Assembly: GCA_050331735.1 (NCBI GenBank)
Contig: JBHJGN010000006.1
Coordinates: forward strand, 1 to 64,000
DNA: 64,000 nt
Source of the DNA: Cyanophyceae cyanobacterium
GTDB taxonomy: Bacteria > Cyanobacteriota > Cyanobacteriia > Cyanobacteriales > JBHJGN01
Direction: 5' to 3'
In this document: in pieces, positions 11,978 through 21,929 of the stretch
How positions within the stretch are numbered: the first letter of the stretch is position 1
Layout of the letters: each line of letters opens with the position of its first letter
Notes under the pieces: model-generated
The model's database searches: none
Told to the model about the DNA's origin: nothing
What the model saw: only the letters and a program-made list of their open reading frames with translations
Translations under genes and position numbers: made by a program

Positions 11978-11993
11978 TGTAACTGAACATACA
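11978..11993. promoter_or_regulatory. NtcA/Crp-family box in the divergent hcp / OFA promoter
   Basis: TGTA-ACTGAACA-TACA, a perfect TGTA-N8-TACA. Confidence 0.6.
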
Positions 11994-12072
11994 TCTTGCT
12001 ATTCCTTTTTGCTGGTACAACCATCAGTGTGAATCGTTGCCTTTGGAAATTAACTGCGATCGCTCCTGATTT

Positions 12073-13329
12073 ATGAATGTAGCGAATAGAAGTCATTTGA
12101 AACTGTTTGGGCTTCCGGCTGAACAGGGACGGTGGTTCCTGATTCTGCTTGGAACAATTGTGCTCCTGTGTTTAGGAAGCGTTTACTCCTGGAGTATTTT
12201 TAGAACGCCGCTAGAAGATTTGCTCAATATTGGTGCAACGGAGAGCCTGTTACCCTATACTTTCGTGCTGCTATTTTATTCGGCTCTTATGCCCGTCACC
12301 GGATTTTACCTCGACCGCTTCGGGACTCGCCGCGTCACGGCAATTGGCGGGATCATTGTTGGGACGGGCTATATCCTCTCTAGCTTTGCTAGCAACATTA
12401 CCCTTCTTGTTCTTAGCTACGGAGTCTTGGTGGGGACAGGAGTGGGAATCACCTATGGCGTTCCTATGGTGATTGCGGCTCGCTGGTTTCCCGACAAGCA
12501 AGGATTAGCAGTGGGGTTAACCATCGTTGGCTTTGGGCTATCCCCGGTGGTGAGCGCCCCCTTAGCCAAAAGATTAATGGATGCGTATGGAGTGCAGCAG
12601 ACTCTCTTGATTCTGGGGATCGCCTTTTCCATTATTATTCTCTCGATTGCCACGATGCTGAAAGTGCCGCCCCAGGGATGGCAACCGCAAGGATGGCAGA
12701 GAAATCGCCGCAGCACAGCCCAGAAGATCCAGCCGAACCTGTTTCAAAGTCGCTCCTTCTATGGACTGTGGATTTGCTATACGATCGGCACGTTGATTGG
12801 TTTGAGCGCCATTGGCATCTCTAGTCCCGTCGCTCAGGAAATAATCGACCTAGAGCCAACCCTGGCTGCGAATAGCGTTTCCCTGTTTGCTCTATTTAAT
12901 GGTTTAAGTCGCCCGCTCTGTGGCTGGTTGACCGATCGTTTCCAGCCCCGCTACGTTGCGGTTGCTTCCTATGTTCTCATTCTTATTGCCACTATTTTGA
13001 TGATGAATGTCGAGGAGGGACAGGTACTGACCTACTTAGTTGCCTTCTGTCTCTTTTGGTTTTGCTTAGGCGGGTGGCTAGCCCTCGCACCAGCAGCGAC
13101 ATTAACGCTGTTTGGCGCTGAGAACTACGCTCGCAATTACGGCATCGTCTTCACCGCCTACGGAATTGGTGCTCTCCTCGGAACGCTCTCTGCTGGACGA
13201 ATCCGCGATCTCCTCGGTTCCTATACCTTCGCCTTCTATCCGATGGCATTCCTCGCGGCGATTGGTATAGTTGTGGCGATCGCCACCTTAAAGCGCGATC
13301 ACCATAGTTCTGCTGATCAGGCACTGTGA
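12073..13329 (+). CDS. MFS transporter, oxalate/formate antiporter (OFA) family
   Basis: About 12 hydrophobic segments; GSVYSWSIF, RWFPDKQGLAVG and FNGLSRPLCGWLTDR match OFA-type motifs. Confidence 0.8.
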   Translation: MNVANRSHLKLFGLPAEQGRWFLILLGTIVLLCLGSVYSWSIFRTPLEDLLNIGATESLLPYTFVLLFYSALMPVTGFYLDRFGTRRVTAIGGIIVGTGYILSSFASNITLLVLSYGVLVGTGVGITYGVPMVIAARWFPDKQGLAVGLTIVGFGLSPVVSAPLAKRLMDAYGVQQTLLILGIAFSIIILSIATMLKVPPQGWQPQGWQRNRRSTAQKIQPNLFQSRSFYGLWICYTIGTLIGLSAIGISSPVAQEIIDLEPTLAANSVSLFALFNGLSRPLCGWLTDRFQPRYVAVASYVLILIATILMMNVEEGQVLTYLVAFCLFWFCLGGWLALAPAATLTLFGAENYARNYGIVFTAYGIGALLGTLSAGRIRDLLGSYTFAFYPMAFLAAIGIVVAIATLKRDHHSSADQAL

Positions 13330-13418
13330 TTGGTCGTTAGTCGTTCGGAGTTGGCGACTACAAAAAGCGATGGGGCAAACCGACTGTTTAATGGCTATGG
13401 TTATAACTATGGTTAGTT

Positions 13419-14295
13419 ATGCCTACCGAGAATAGTTCTATGCGTATTCTCAAAATTGCTTTGCTCCTAGCGAGCATTTTTATGCTTGCGGGCGTAGCGA
13501 TTGTTGCTTACTCCACCACCGCCACTGAGGCCACCATCCAAGCTTATCAAGAGAAAGTGGAGAATATCGGTCGTCAGACTCCTTCACTGGTATACGATCC
13601 AAACACTGCACAACAGCTTCCTTCCCCCGTAGCATCCTACTTCCAGTTTACCTTCGGCGACGTATCACAAGCGGTGAATTTTGTCAACATGAAAATGGCT
13701 GGGCAGTTTCGGCGACCGCAAACAGAAAGTTTTGCCGCCACAACCGCCGCCCAAACCGTTGCTGTCGGTACACCAGCACTGGTGTTTGCCGCGACAACAC
13801 CCATTGTTCCTGGAGTTTGGGCAAGGGCTTATGATGCCTTTGTCGCAGGACGTATGGAGATGAAGGCGAAGATCCTGTCTACCCTGACGGTTGTGGATGA
13901 ACGCGCCACTCCAGCGCTCGACCAAACCTCCCTGCGTCGCTGGCTACTCGAAAGTCCCCTCTATCCAGCCGCGCTGCTACCCGGAGGTCCGGTAACGCTG
14001 GGAGCCAATCGATGACAGGCGTGCCAAAGCAATTGTATCCGCCTACGGTATCGAGGCTTCAATGGTTGCCACTTTTCGTCCTGACGGTAGCTTAGAGCGC
14101 TTTGACGCCGAGGAGGACGGGGATTTGAATACTCCCTATCATGGGTCTGGGGAATACGCCCTGCGCGGCGATTACCAACGGCTCTTCGGTATGATGCTGC
14201 CCCTGTCGTTTACCATTGCGCGGGTAGCGGACGGGCAAATCTACCCGTTCTGGACTGGAAAAATTACGGCGATCACCTATGACTTTAAGCATTAA
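13419..14295 (+). pseudogene. DUF6544/DUF6920-like membrane-anchored protein, frameshifted
   Basis: Removing one base at about 13994-13998 gives GPV(R/T)WEPIDDRRAKAIVSAYGIEASMVATF, joining 13419..14015 to 14062..14295. Confidence 0.7.
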
Positions 14296-14644
14296 GCTTG
14301 CAGTGAACAGCGTATTAATAATGTCCCCCGACCGTGAGTAGCAACAGAACGAAAACGTCCACTAAGGCTAAAAGCTAGATGTGAAAATAGTTCTAGTCAT
14401 TTTCCGCGATCGCCAAACACATCCTTTAACCCTTGAGCTCTAATATACTGATGTTTGTTCTGCGGTTTAGGATTTATTTTTGCTCAGGGAGAGTCTGCCG
14501 TACAGATAGGGAATTACAATGAAGCTAATTTACTTCAAATCAGGGCGACCGGGTTTTTGAGTCTTACTATAGTTTTCTGCACCGCTGAGCTGCCCAGGAT
14601 AAGATTAGACATGCTGACTTGAAGAAGGACTGTCAGATGTATTC

Positions 14645-15514
14645 ATGATCGAAACACAACTTATTAAACTAGATTGTGGGCGACAGATAGCCTATTGCGA
14701 ATACGGCGATCCTAACGGAAACCCAGTTTTCTATTTTCATGGCACACCCGGTTCACGGTATGAACCAGTGTTCAGTGATCGAGCGGGACGAGAATATGGG
14801 TATCGAATCTTGGCTCTAGATCGACCTGGATTAGGAAAATCAGATTATGTAAAAGGAAGAAAACTTCTAGATTGGCCGCAAGATGTGTATGAGGTTGCAA
14901 AACATTTAGAGATAGAACGATTTGGGGTAATCGGTGTTTCGGGAGGAGGACCTTATGCCCTTGCCTGTGGATATACCCTGGCCGATCGTCTAGACTTTAC
15001 GGTTCTAATGGGAAGCTGGGGACCAGTAGCGGAAGAGCCAAAACTCTGGCAGGAGATGGCGCTTCTCGATCAGTTTTTCGGCAAGCTCTCTAGAAAATTA
15101 CCTTGGGCATTCTACATCCCCTTCTCATTTCTCGGTTACGCAGCAAAATGGTTGTCGCCTGACAGTTTTTGGAAGTTATTAGAGAGTTCGATGAGTAAAG
15201 CTGATCAAGAACTATTGTCAGATGAAGAGATGGCTCGTTTTTTTGTGGAGGATGTGAAGGAAGCATTTCGGCAGGGGGCACGAGGTCCGGCTGACGATGC
15301 AATCATTCTCTATAGAGAATGGGGTTTTAGAATTGAAGAGATAGAGGGGAAGGTTGATCTGTTTCATGGTGAGGAAGATAAGATTGCGCCCTATACTTAT
15401 GCGATTGATCTGGATGAGAAGATACCTAATTCAGAATTACATGGATATCCAGGGGAAGGGCATGTATTTGTTATGAGGTTGTTTGATAAGGTATTTGAGC
15501 AGGTTTCCCGTTAG
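14645..15514 (+). CDS. Alpha/beta hydrolase
   Basis: FHGTPG, nucleophile elbow GVSGGG, HGEED, GEGH. Confidence 0.88.
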   Translation: MIETQLIKLDCGRQIAYCEYGDPNGNPVFYFHGTPGSRYEPVFSDRAGREYGYRILALDRPGLGKSDYVKGRKLLDWPQDVYEVAKHLEIERFGVIGVSGGGPYALACGYTLADRLDFTVLMGSWGPVAEEPKLWQEMALLDQFFGKLSRKLPWAFYIPFSFLGYAAKWLSPDSFWKLLESSMSKADQELLSDEEMARFFVEDVKEAFRQGARGPADDAIILYREWGFRIEEIEGKVDLFHGEEDKIAPYTYAIDLDEKIPNSELHGYPGEGHVFVMRLFDKVFEQVSR

Positions 15515-15534
15515 GACTTATCTTTTGAGCTATG

Positions 15535-15619
15535 GCATAACAAGTCGATGAAGCGGACAATCTAAAATTTTTGGTGATGTTGAAAATATTTTGCCAGCCG
15601 CTTAGCTTAGTCGTTAGAC
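15535..15619 (+). mobile_element. Integron cassette attC recombination site
   Basis: R'' GCATAAC, 5 nt, L'' GATGAAGC, GGAC ... GCC, L' GCTTAGC, 6 nt, R' GTTAGAC. Starts 21 nt after the hydrolase stop codon. Confidence 0.7.
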
Positions 15620-15699
15620 CGATCTAGGATATGAAAACGGTTCCAGTGCATTGCTGCTTGAACAATACTGCCAAAGCTCTGTCATGGCAGTAGATTCCT

Positions 15700-15750
15700 C
15701 TTGATCGACAACTCAAAGCTCGCGCAAAACAGGTTGGTTTGAGCATTTAA
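15700..15750 (+). pseudogene. Probable 3' fragment of a PIN/VapC-type toxin gene
   Basis: Translates LDRQLKARAKQVGLSI*, resembling the C-terminal D-x-x-L-x-x-x-A-x-x-x-G motif of PIN proteins. Confidence 0.35.
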
Positions 15751-15903
15751 TCCTATTCACGGTAATACGGCTGATCTCAATCGGTCAGTGGGTTAGGTTG
15801 ACTTGCTTTGATCTGAGGGGGCTGCTTATCATCTTGGGTTTGAGCAGGCTCCAGAATCTCAATCTCATTGCTGTCGTAGTACCACTGTTACGTTAGAGTA
15901 ACG

Positions 15904-17391
15904 TTAGTAATCTGGTGGATGTGGCAAGTCGCCAAGCACTGTAGCAATTTCAGTGGCGATCGCTAATAACTCCATGTCTTTCCACCGCTTACCAACAACC
16001 TGGACGCCAATCGGTAATCCTGCTTGATTTTGCCCGATGGGAAGGACGACTACAGGGTGGCCGGTTAAACTCAGAGGCATCGTGTAAGCGCCACAAGCAA
16101 TAAGATAAGGAAATTTTACTCCATCAACTTCGATCGGCTGACCAAACTCACAGTGAGGAAACGCCAGAGTAATAGCGACAGGACAGATCCAAGCATCCCA
16201 TTGCTCCATAAAGCCATCCATCTGTGCGATGTGGCGATCGCGTTCGGTTAAAACAGCATTGTAGTTTGCCAAACTGGGGGGAAGGATCAGTCGGCTTTTT
16301 GTGGCCAGGGGGGTTCCCGATTTAAAAGTGGTTTGCATACGAGCCAAAAATTCCCCTTTAATCGCAATCCAAATCCCCCCAAACAGAACTTTCGCCGAAG
16401 GGGTAGAGGCAAATAGTTCTAGGAAAGACCAAGCCCCATAATTGGCTAAAGCCTCCTCCCAATCAAAATTTGTCGGGCTGCATTCTTCCAAATTACAACC
16501 GGCGTCAGTTAAACGGTTGATTAATGATTGAATACAAAAGCGCGTATCTTCACTGACAGGCAGAAAATCGAAGCCAACTGTCCACGCAATTCGGCAATCT
16601 GCTAGTTTTTTCCCTGTTGGCTGCTCTAGAGGAACAGGGGGAATCTCCGGTTGTCTGGCATCCGCGCCAGCAATGAGGGCAAAACCTAACTGTAAATCCT
16701 CTACAGAACGGGCAAAAGGACCAATTCTGAGTACATGGCGAATATACTGCGGGTTTCCTGGTAGTGCGGGAATATGCCCTGTAGTCGGCACTCTACGATC
16801 TGTAGGCATAAACCCATAAACACCGCAGCAGTGTGCCGGACCGCGAATTGAACCGGCTACGTCGCTCCCCAGATCTAAAGGAGAAAAACCCGCCGCGATC
16901 GCACTGGCCGAACCGCCACTGCTTCCACCAACTGTAAGGTTTAAATCCCAAGGATTGTTGGTTTGACCAAAGACAGGATTGTTGGTTTGACAATCACTTC
17001 CTAGTTCTGCCGCATTCGTTTTGGCAAAGATAATGGCTCCTGCTGCTCTTAACCTAGCTACAGTCGTGGCATCTTGAGAGGGAACATAATCTTTTAGCGG
17101 TGGATAGCCAGCAGTTGTAAGCAGTCCAGCCGTTTCTATGATGTCTTTAACGGTAATCGGTACGCCGTGTAATCTCCCCCAGTTCTCGCCTCTAGCCAAG
17201 GCTTCATCGGCTTCCAAAGCTGTTTTCTTCGCTCTGTCTACATCTAGAGTGACGATCGCATTGATTTTACGATTATGTTTGTCGATTTGCTCTAGATAAG
17301 CCTCTAAAACTTCACGAGCTGAAATTTCCTTGTTGCGAATCATCTGCGCCAGTTGACTCGCTGTGGCAAATACGATGTTCATAGCTAACAA
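15904..17391 (-). CDS. Amidase-signature family protein
   Basis: GVPITVKD, GGSSGGS, GSDVAGSIRGP. Confidence 0.9.
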   Translation of the reverse strand: MLAMNIVFATASQLAQMIRNKEISAREVLEAYLEQIDKHNRKINAIVTLDVDRAKKTALEADEALARGENWGRLHGVPITVKDIIETAGLLTTAGYPPLKDYVPSQDATTVARLRAAGAIIFAKTNAAELGSDCQTNNPVFGQTNNPWDLNLTVGGSSGGSASAIAAGFSPLDLGSDVAGSIRGPAHCCGVYGFMPTDRRVPTTGHIPALPGNPQYIRHVLRIGPFARSVEDLQLGFALIAGADARQPEIPPVPLEQPTGKKLADCRIAWTVGFDFLPVSEDTRFCIQSLINRLTDAGCNLEECSPTNFDWEEALANYGAWSFLELFASTPSAKVLFGGIWIAIKGEFLARMQTTFKSGTPLATKSRLILPPSLANYNAVLTERDRHIAQMDGFMEQWDAWICPVAITLAFPHCEFGQPIEVDGVKFPYLIACGAYTMPLSLTGHPVVVLPIGQNQAGLPIGVQVVGKRWKDMELLAIATEIATVLGDLPHPPDY

Positions 17392-17533
17392 CCGAATAGA
17401 GTAAATTAATGTTCTTCACTTTTAGTTAATAGCATTGACTCAATCAAGTAGGTCTTTCCACTCAAGAAGATTGTTCAATTCGACAAGGCACGACTGAATT
17501 TTGTCCTACTGTCAAAAATCCGTTGATGCTACT

Positions 17534-17974
17534 TCAATTTCTGACTAGATTTGCTAAATTGTGCATCATTGCCTAAGCCGCATCAAAAGTAGAACGAGGA
17601 AGAAGACGACTCCCGCTCAAAGGATCAATCACTAAAACCGGCTCCCCAGCAATCGCTTCCACAACTACGGCATGAGAACTTTTAATTCCTTCAACAGGCA
17701 GCAAGTCTATAAACACTAGTGGATGTACGTCAGAGTCGATTTGTGCCTTTAGCTCTTCTGTTGTCAGCGTACACTTAACTGTCTTAGAAAACCCAAGCTG
17801 GCGAGCGGCATCAACGGCTATTAACGCTTCAGTCCCCAGAGGAGTGCAGTCACAGCGCAGACGAAGTTCAGCTTCACTCATCTCCATCCCAAAACTAGCT
17901 ATCACAGTTCGGAGGCAAGCAGGAACGCATGAATAAACTGTTTCCTGCTTAAAGAACCGTAGCTTGAATTTCAT
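17534..17974 (-). pseudogene. C39-like cysteine peptidase with a probable premature TAG near the C-terminus
   Basis: QETVYSCVPAC, HAVVV and IDP motifs. After the TAG at 17573-17575 the frame continues AMMHNLANLVRN* to 17534, consistent with a TGG>TAG change. Confidence 0.55.
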
Positions 17975-18170
17975 CCCTGTATTGTTTAGCTAAATTCTGT
18001 CCTTCCTGCTTCATTTGTTGGAGCGGTGTATGAGAACTAATTTCTTCAGAAACTGAACTGACTAAAACTTCTCCTACTTGACCTAAAATGCCAAGATTCG
18101 GATATGCGAGAACAACCGGAACTTTCCAAACATTCCGGATTGGCTCAAACTCAGCTTGCTCAGCCCTTGC
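17949..18170 (-). pseudogene. 5'-truncated conserved hypothetical gene overlapping the C39 start
   Basis: Open frame ARAEQAEFEPIRNVWKVPVVLAYPNLGILGQVGEVLV...IQATVL* with in-frame TGA TGA just upstream and no suitable N-terminal start. Confidence 0.5.
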
Positions 18171-18433
18171 TGTAGGGAAATTTATCGCCTGATGTCATCA
18201 TATTCAATTTCTCCATTTCAGACTCCAACACGAGCTGAAAACTCGCCTACTGATAAGATTACACCGTTCGTGACACTCAGCTAAATCCTTCTAGATTTGA
18301 GAGTTTTTGGATTGATTAGTCACAATATTCAAGATTTGATCGTTCAAAATACCTTTCAAAGGTATGACTTTCAGTAGGTTTAATTGGTACAGTCAAAAGT
18401 GTAACTTTTTGCTTTCTTTTTTTGCTCTGAAAC

Positions 18434-19174
18434 ATGCAAAATGATGGATATTTTGATGAAAAAGTCGCTGTCACCTATGATGACGATCTAGATTCTTTCC
18501 ACCCCAAAGTAATTAATCCTGTGGTCGATTTTCTGTCAGAACTGGCAGATGGCGGTAATGCTCTTGAATTTGGTATTGGAACTGGTCGAATAGCTTTACC
18601 TCTTGCTATGAAAGGCATTGAAGTTTATGGCATTGAGCTATCTAATGCTATGATTACTAAACTTGTAGAGAAAACTGGTAGCCATTGTATTCCAGTAACT
18701 CAAGGTGACTTCGCAACTACATCGTGTGGAGGTTCTTTTTCCCTTGTCTACCTCATTTTCAATACGATAATGAATCTCACAACTCAGGAGCAGCAAGTTA
18801 GATGCTTTCAAAATGCAGCCTCACATCTCGACCCTGGTGGAAGCTTTGTTATTGAGGTAATGGTTCCTGCTCTTCAATCATTACCACAGGGAGAAACAAA
18901 TCATGTATTTGATTTCCGCGACGATCATTGGGGAATAGATACCTATGATGTTGCCTCTCAATCCTTAAGATCGCATCATTTAAGAATTCGCAACCAAAAA
19001 GTGGAACTGTCTTCAATTCCTTTCCGTTACGTTTGGCCGTCAGAACTTGACCTAATGGCAAGAATCGCCAATTTAAAGCTTAAGGCAAGATGGGGTAGTT
19101 GGAAAAAAGAACCATTTACAAACACCAGTCGCTATCACGTATCAGTTTGGGAAAAACCTGACAATGAAAATTAG
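18434..19174 (+). CDS. Class I SAM-dependent methyltransferase
   Basis: Motif I LEFGIGTGRI, LVYLIFNT, LDPGGSF. Confidence 0.88.
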   Translation: MQNDGYFDEKVAVTYDDDLDSFHPKVINPVVDFLSELADGGNALEFGIGTGRIALPLAMKGIEVYGIELSNAMITKLVEKTGSHCIPVTQGDFATTSCGGSFSLVYLIFNTIMNLTTQEQQVRCFQNAASHLDPGGSFVIEVMVPALQSLPQGETNHVFDFRDDHWGIDTYDVASQSLRSHHLRIRNQKVELSSIPFRYVWPSELDLMARIANLKLKARWGSWKKEPFTNTSRYHVSVWEKPDNEN

Positions 19175-19285
19175 CATGATCGCTATATTCGATATTTAAT
19201 AGTTAATTAATACATAAAATGGAATCAATACAGATGCTGCTCATAGGCGCTCTACCAACAACAAATGACTAACGACAAATGACCA

Positions 19286-20008
19286 GTGACAAAAAACTCA
19301 CCAATGCTCGTTAAAGGCTGCGCGTCCCTTGACCAATTAAAACAGATTGCTATTTTTCAAGAGCTAGCAATAGACTATCTCAAACACCTCATTCCCTACA
19401 GCTATGTGCGAGCCTACCAACCTAATGAAATTGTCATGCACGAGGGCGATCGCCTGCCGCCGCAGCTTCATGCTCTAACTGCCGGAAGACTAGAAATCAA
19501 AAAAACCGCTGCCAACGGCAAAGAAACCGTGGTGCGTCTCATTCCTCCAGGAGAACTGTTTGCTGCCCCCGCGATCTTCGGCAACGGCATTGCCCCCGCC
19601 ACGGTAAGCTGTTCTGTTGAATCCCAGGTATTAACCATCGAGCGCGAAGCGTTGTTAGCGGCGATCGCTCACTCCCCAGAAATTAGCCTGCACATCCTCG
19701 AAAATTTCAATCAGCGTCTTCAACAGCTCCACAATACCGTACACGGACTGATTAGTGAACGAGCTAGCGTCCGTTTAGCCCGCTTAATTCAATATTACGG
19801 CGAGCGCGATGGCACTCATCTAGTCCCCGAAGGTTTTCTGCTTCATACCACGTTGTCTTACTATCAAATTGCCCGCAGCATCGGCATCACCTATGAAGAA
19901 TGTGTGCGTCTGTTCAAAAAAATGCCGGAAGTCGTCATCTATCAAAGAGGCGGAAAAATCATCGTCAAAGATTGGCAGCAGTTAGCAGCCGTCAGTCAAG
20001 CGGATTGA
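19286..20008 (+). CDS. Crp/Fnr-family transcriptional regulator (HcpR-like candidate)
   Basis: cNMP-binding barrel (GRLEIKK...GELFAAPA), RLARL helix, C-terminal HTH IARSIGITYEECVR. Confidence 0.85.
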   Translation: MTKNSPMLVKGCASLDQLKQIAIFQELAIDYLKHLIPYSYVRAYQPNEIVMHEGDRLPPQLHALTAGRLEIKKTAANGKETVVRLIPPGELFAAPAIFGNGIAPATVSCSVESQVLTIEREALLAAIAHSPEISLHILENFNQRLQQLHNTVHGLISERASVRLARLIQYYGERDGTHLVPEGFLLHTTLSYYQIARSIGITYEECVRLFKKMPEVVIYQRGGKIIVKDWQQLAAVSQAD

Positions 20009-20501
20009 ACGGTGGGAAATCACTGCATAGCATTGCTGCTAATTGTCATGTAACGACTAACGATCAGCCCCTCCCGAACTGAGTACAAGCCGAGCACTCT
20101 TTATCCTGACCATTAATCACTCAATTTCCTTGCCGAGATTGACTTTCAGCGTCAGGATCTTGCCGTTCAGCACGACCTCTCTAAAAACCCGTGCTGGGTC
20201 TCAAAAATACTCAGACCTTATCCTCCTAAAAATTTGTAAAACCGATTCTGACAAGGTTTCAGCCCTGCGAGTTCCCCTTAACTAATTTAATCTCAGCCTC
20301 AAATTCGTCTGCTTAATTACAGAGCTGATATAAATTCTTTGTAGCAGTTTGTGCTTGAACGAGATAGAGTTTTACACTCTAGTTTTTGTTGATTGCTCAT
20401 TGTTCATCGCCCTGGCTATGTCAATGTTTAACGCACTGATTCAAAAACGACGAGAAGCGTCCCCACGGTTATTTTTAGTCATTGGTTATTGGCAATGCAA
20501 T

Positions 20502-20611
20502 TACAGCGGTTCTCGGATTCATGAGGTACATCCAACACCTGCCTCCTGCACATCACGCCTCCTGCCTCAAAACCAATAACTTTGTACCTCACCAGTATGA
20601 GAATTGCTATA
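20502..20611. mobile_element. MITE family B (TA-flanked, ~29-bp imperfect TIRs)
   Basis: Left end TACAGCGGTTCTCGGATTCATGAGGTACA versus reverse-complemented right end TATAGCAATTCTCATACTGGTGAGGTACA. Internal CTGCCTC heptamers. Confidence 0.65.
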
Positions 20612-20661
20612 CAAAGGACAAATGATCGATGACAAACGACTAGTCTACCTAGGAGTCAATC

Positions 20662-21393
20662 ATGCCAACCCAACCCATTTCCAATGAAGTTGCTCTCAGA
20701 ATTGCTTTAGCGAGTCGAGTCTTGCCAAACATCTCGGTTAGGGATTTAATTGAGGCGCTGCAAACTGATCTCGACGATGAGATTACCGAAGAATCCCTTA
20801 GCAAGCTCACCGTTACCCAGTTAAAGCGAGCCTTTGGCACAATTTACGAAGTTGATAGCGAATGGGAAGGGGAAGATGCTGATAATAGTGATGTCGCTGC
20901 CTTTAAGGAGGCGGTCCGCATTCTCTGGGGAGAAACAGGCTACTTTGAAGAATCATTACCCATTGAACCCTATCAAGAAGGAGATCTGCCCAATTCAATT
21001 AGAATTGCCGTCGCGTCGAACACCGGAGAACAGCTAGACGGACACTTTGGGTCTTGCCATCGTTACCTGATTTATCAGCTAACGGTAGACCAAATTAAAT
21101 TAATTGACGTTAGATCCGCCCTAGAAGCCGATCTGCACGACGATAAAAATAGATTCCGAGTTGACCTCATCAGAGACTGTGCGGTGCTCTACATTGTCTC
21201 GATTGGTGGACCCGCAGCCGCTAAAGTGATTCAGGCGAACATCTATCCGATGAAGAAGGAAAAGGGCGGTGCCGCCAGAGAAAGCTTAGCAGAATTACAG
21301 CAGGCGATCGCCACTTCTCCTCCCCCGTGGCTAGCCAAGATTATCGGCGTGGGCGTAGATAAGCGAGTCAAAAATTATCCGGCGACTAATTAG
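20662..21393 (+). CDS. Dinitrogenase FeMo-cofactor binding protein, NafY/NifY-like
   Basis: N-terminal ALRIALASRVLP domain and C-terminal NifX/NifB-like domain with DGHFGSC, SIGGPAAAKV, PPPWLAK. Confidence 0.8.
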   Translation: MPTQPISNEVALRIALASRVLPNISVRDLIEALQTDLDDEITEESLSKLTVTQLKRAFGTIYEVDSEWEGEDADNSDVAAFKEAVRILWGETGYFEESLPIEPYQEGDLPNSIRIAVASNTGEQLDGHFGSCHRYLIYQLTVDQIKLIDVRSALEADLHDDKNRFRVDLIRDCAVLYIVSIGGPAAAKVIQANIYPMKKEKGGAARESLAELQQAIATSPPPWLAKIIGVGVDKRVKNYPATN

Positions 21394-21537
21394 TTATTGG
21401 TGACGGAGCCGTTTTCACGTCAATGCGGTATGGCCGGACATCTTATATTTGTTGTTAATAGCTGATTGTTCATTGTTTGATAGCTGCTGCGCTTGTGTCC
21501 CTGCATAAACTCAAAAATGTTGCCCGGAGGATAGACA

Positions 21538-21879
21538 ATGAAACAAACCAATCAAGAGCGCATTCAAGAAATTCAGCAAGTCACGGGCTTGAAACCAACC
21601 CATTTTGCTGATTTAATTCGCGTTGCCCAACTGATTTACGATCCCAGTGGCGGCGTATCGGGTAAAGTCGTTGAGGTAGACTGGCTCGATTTTAGTATTC
21701 CTCCCGGCGTTGTTCGCAACTTGCAGTTTCTCGGTCAAGAATATCAGTACGAATCTCCCCACGTCCCTCTTGACCTTGTGTGGGAAGCCCTCACTCCCGA
21801 AACTCGCAGTTGGTTTATTGCTAACAAAAAAATTCTGTGGGAAATAGAAGAGTCGTTTCCGGCTTTAGATGAGGATTAG
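21538..21879 (+). CDS. Hypothetical protein (113 aa)
   Basis: GGAGG RBS, protein-like composition, co-oriented with the nafY-like gene. Confidence 0.8.
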   Translation: MKQTNQERIQEIQQVTGLKPTHFADLIRVAQLIYDPSGGVSGKVVEVDWLDFSIPPGVVRNLQFLGQEYQYESPHVPLDLVWEALTPETRSWFIANKKILWEIEESFPALDED

Positions 21880-21929
21880 AACTTAGTTTTTGTTGATTGT
21901 TAATTGGTTTATTAAAGGTAGATATACCC

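Noticed and set aside
19259..19297. Degenerate heptamer runs (also ~20613, ~28296, ~59425)
   Set aside because: Ordinary cyanobacterial STRR-like intergenic repeats with no higher-order structure.
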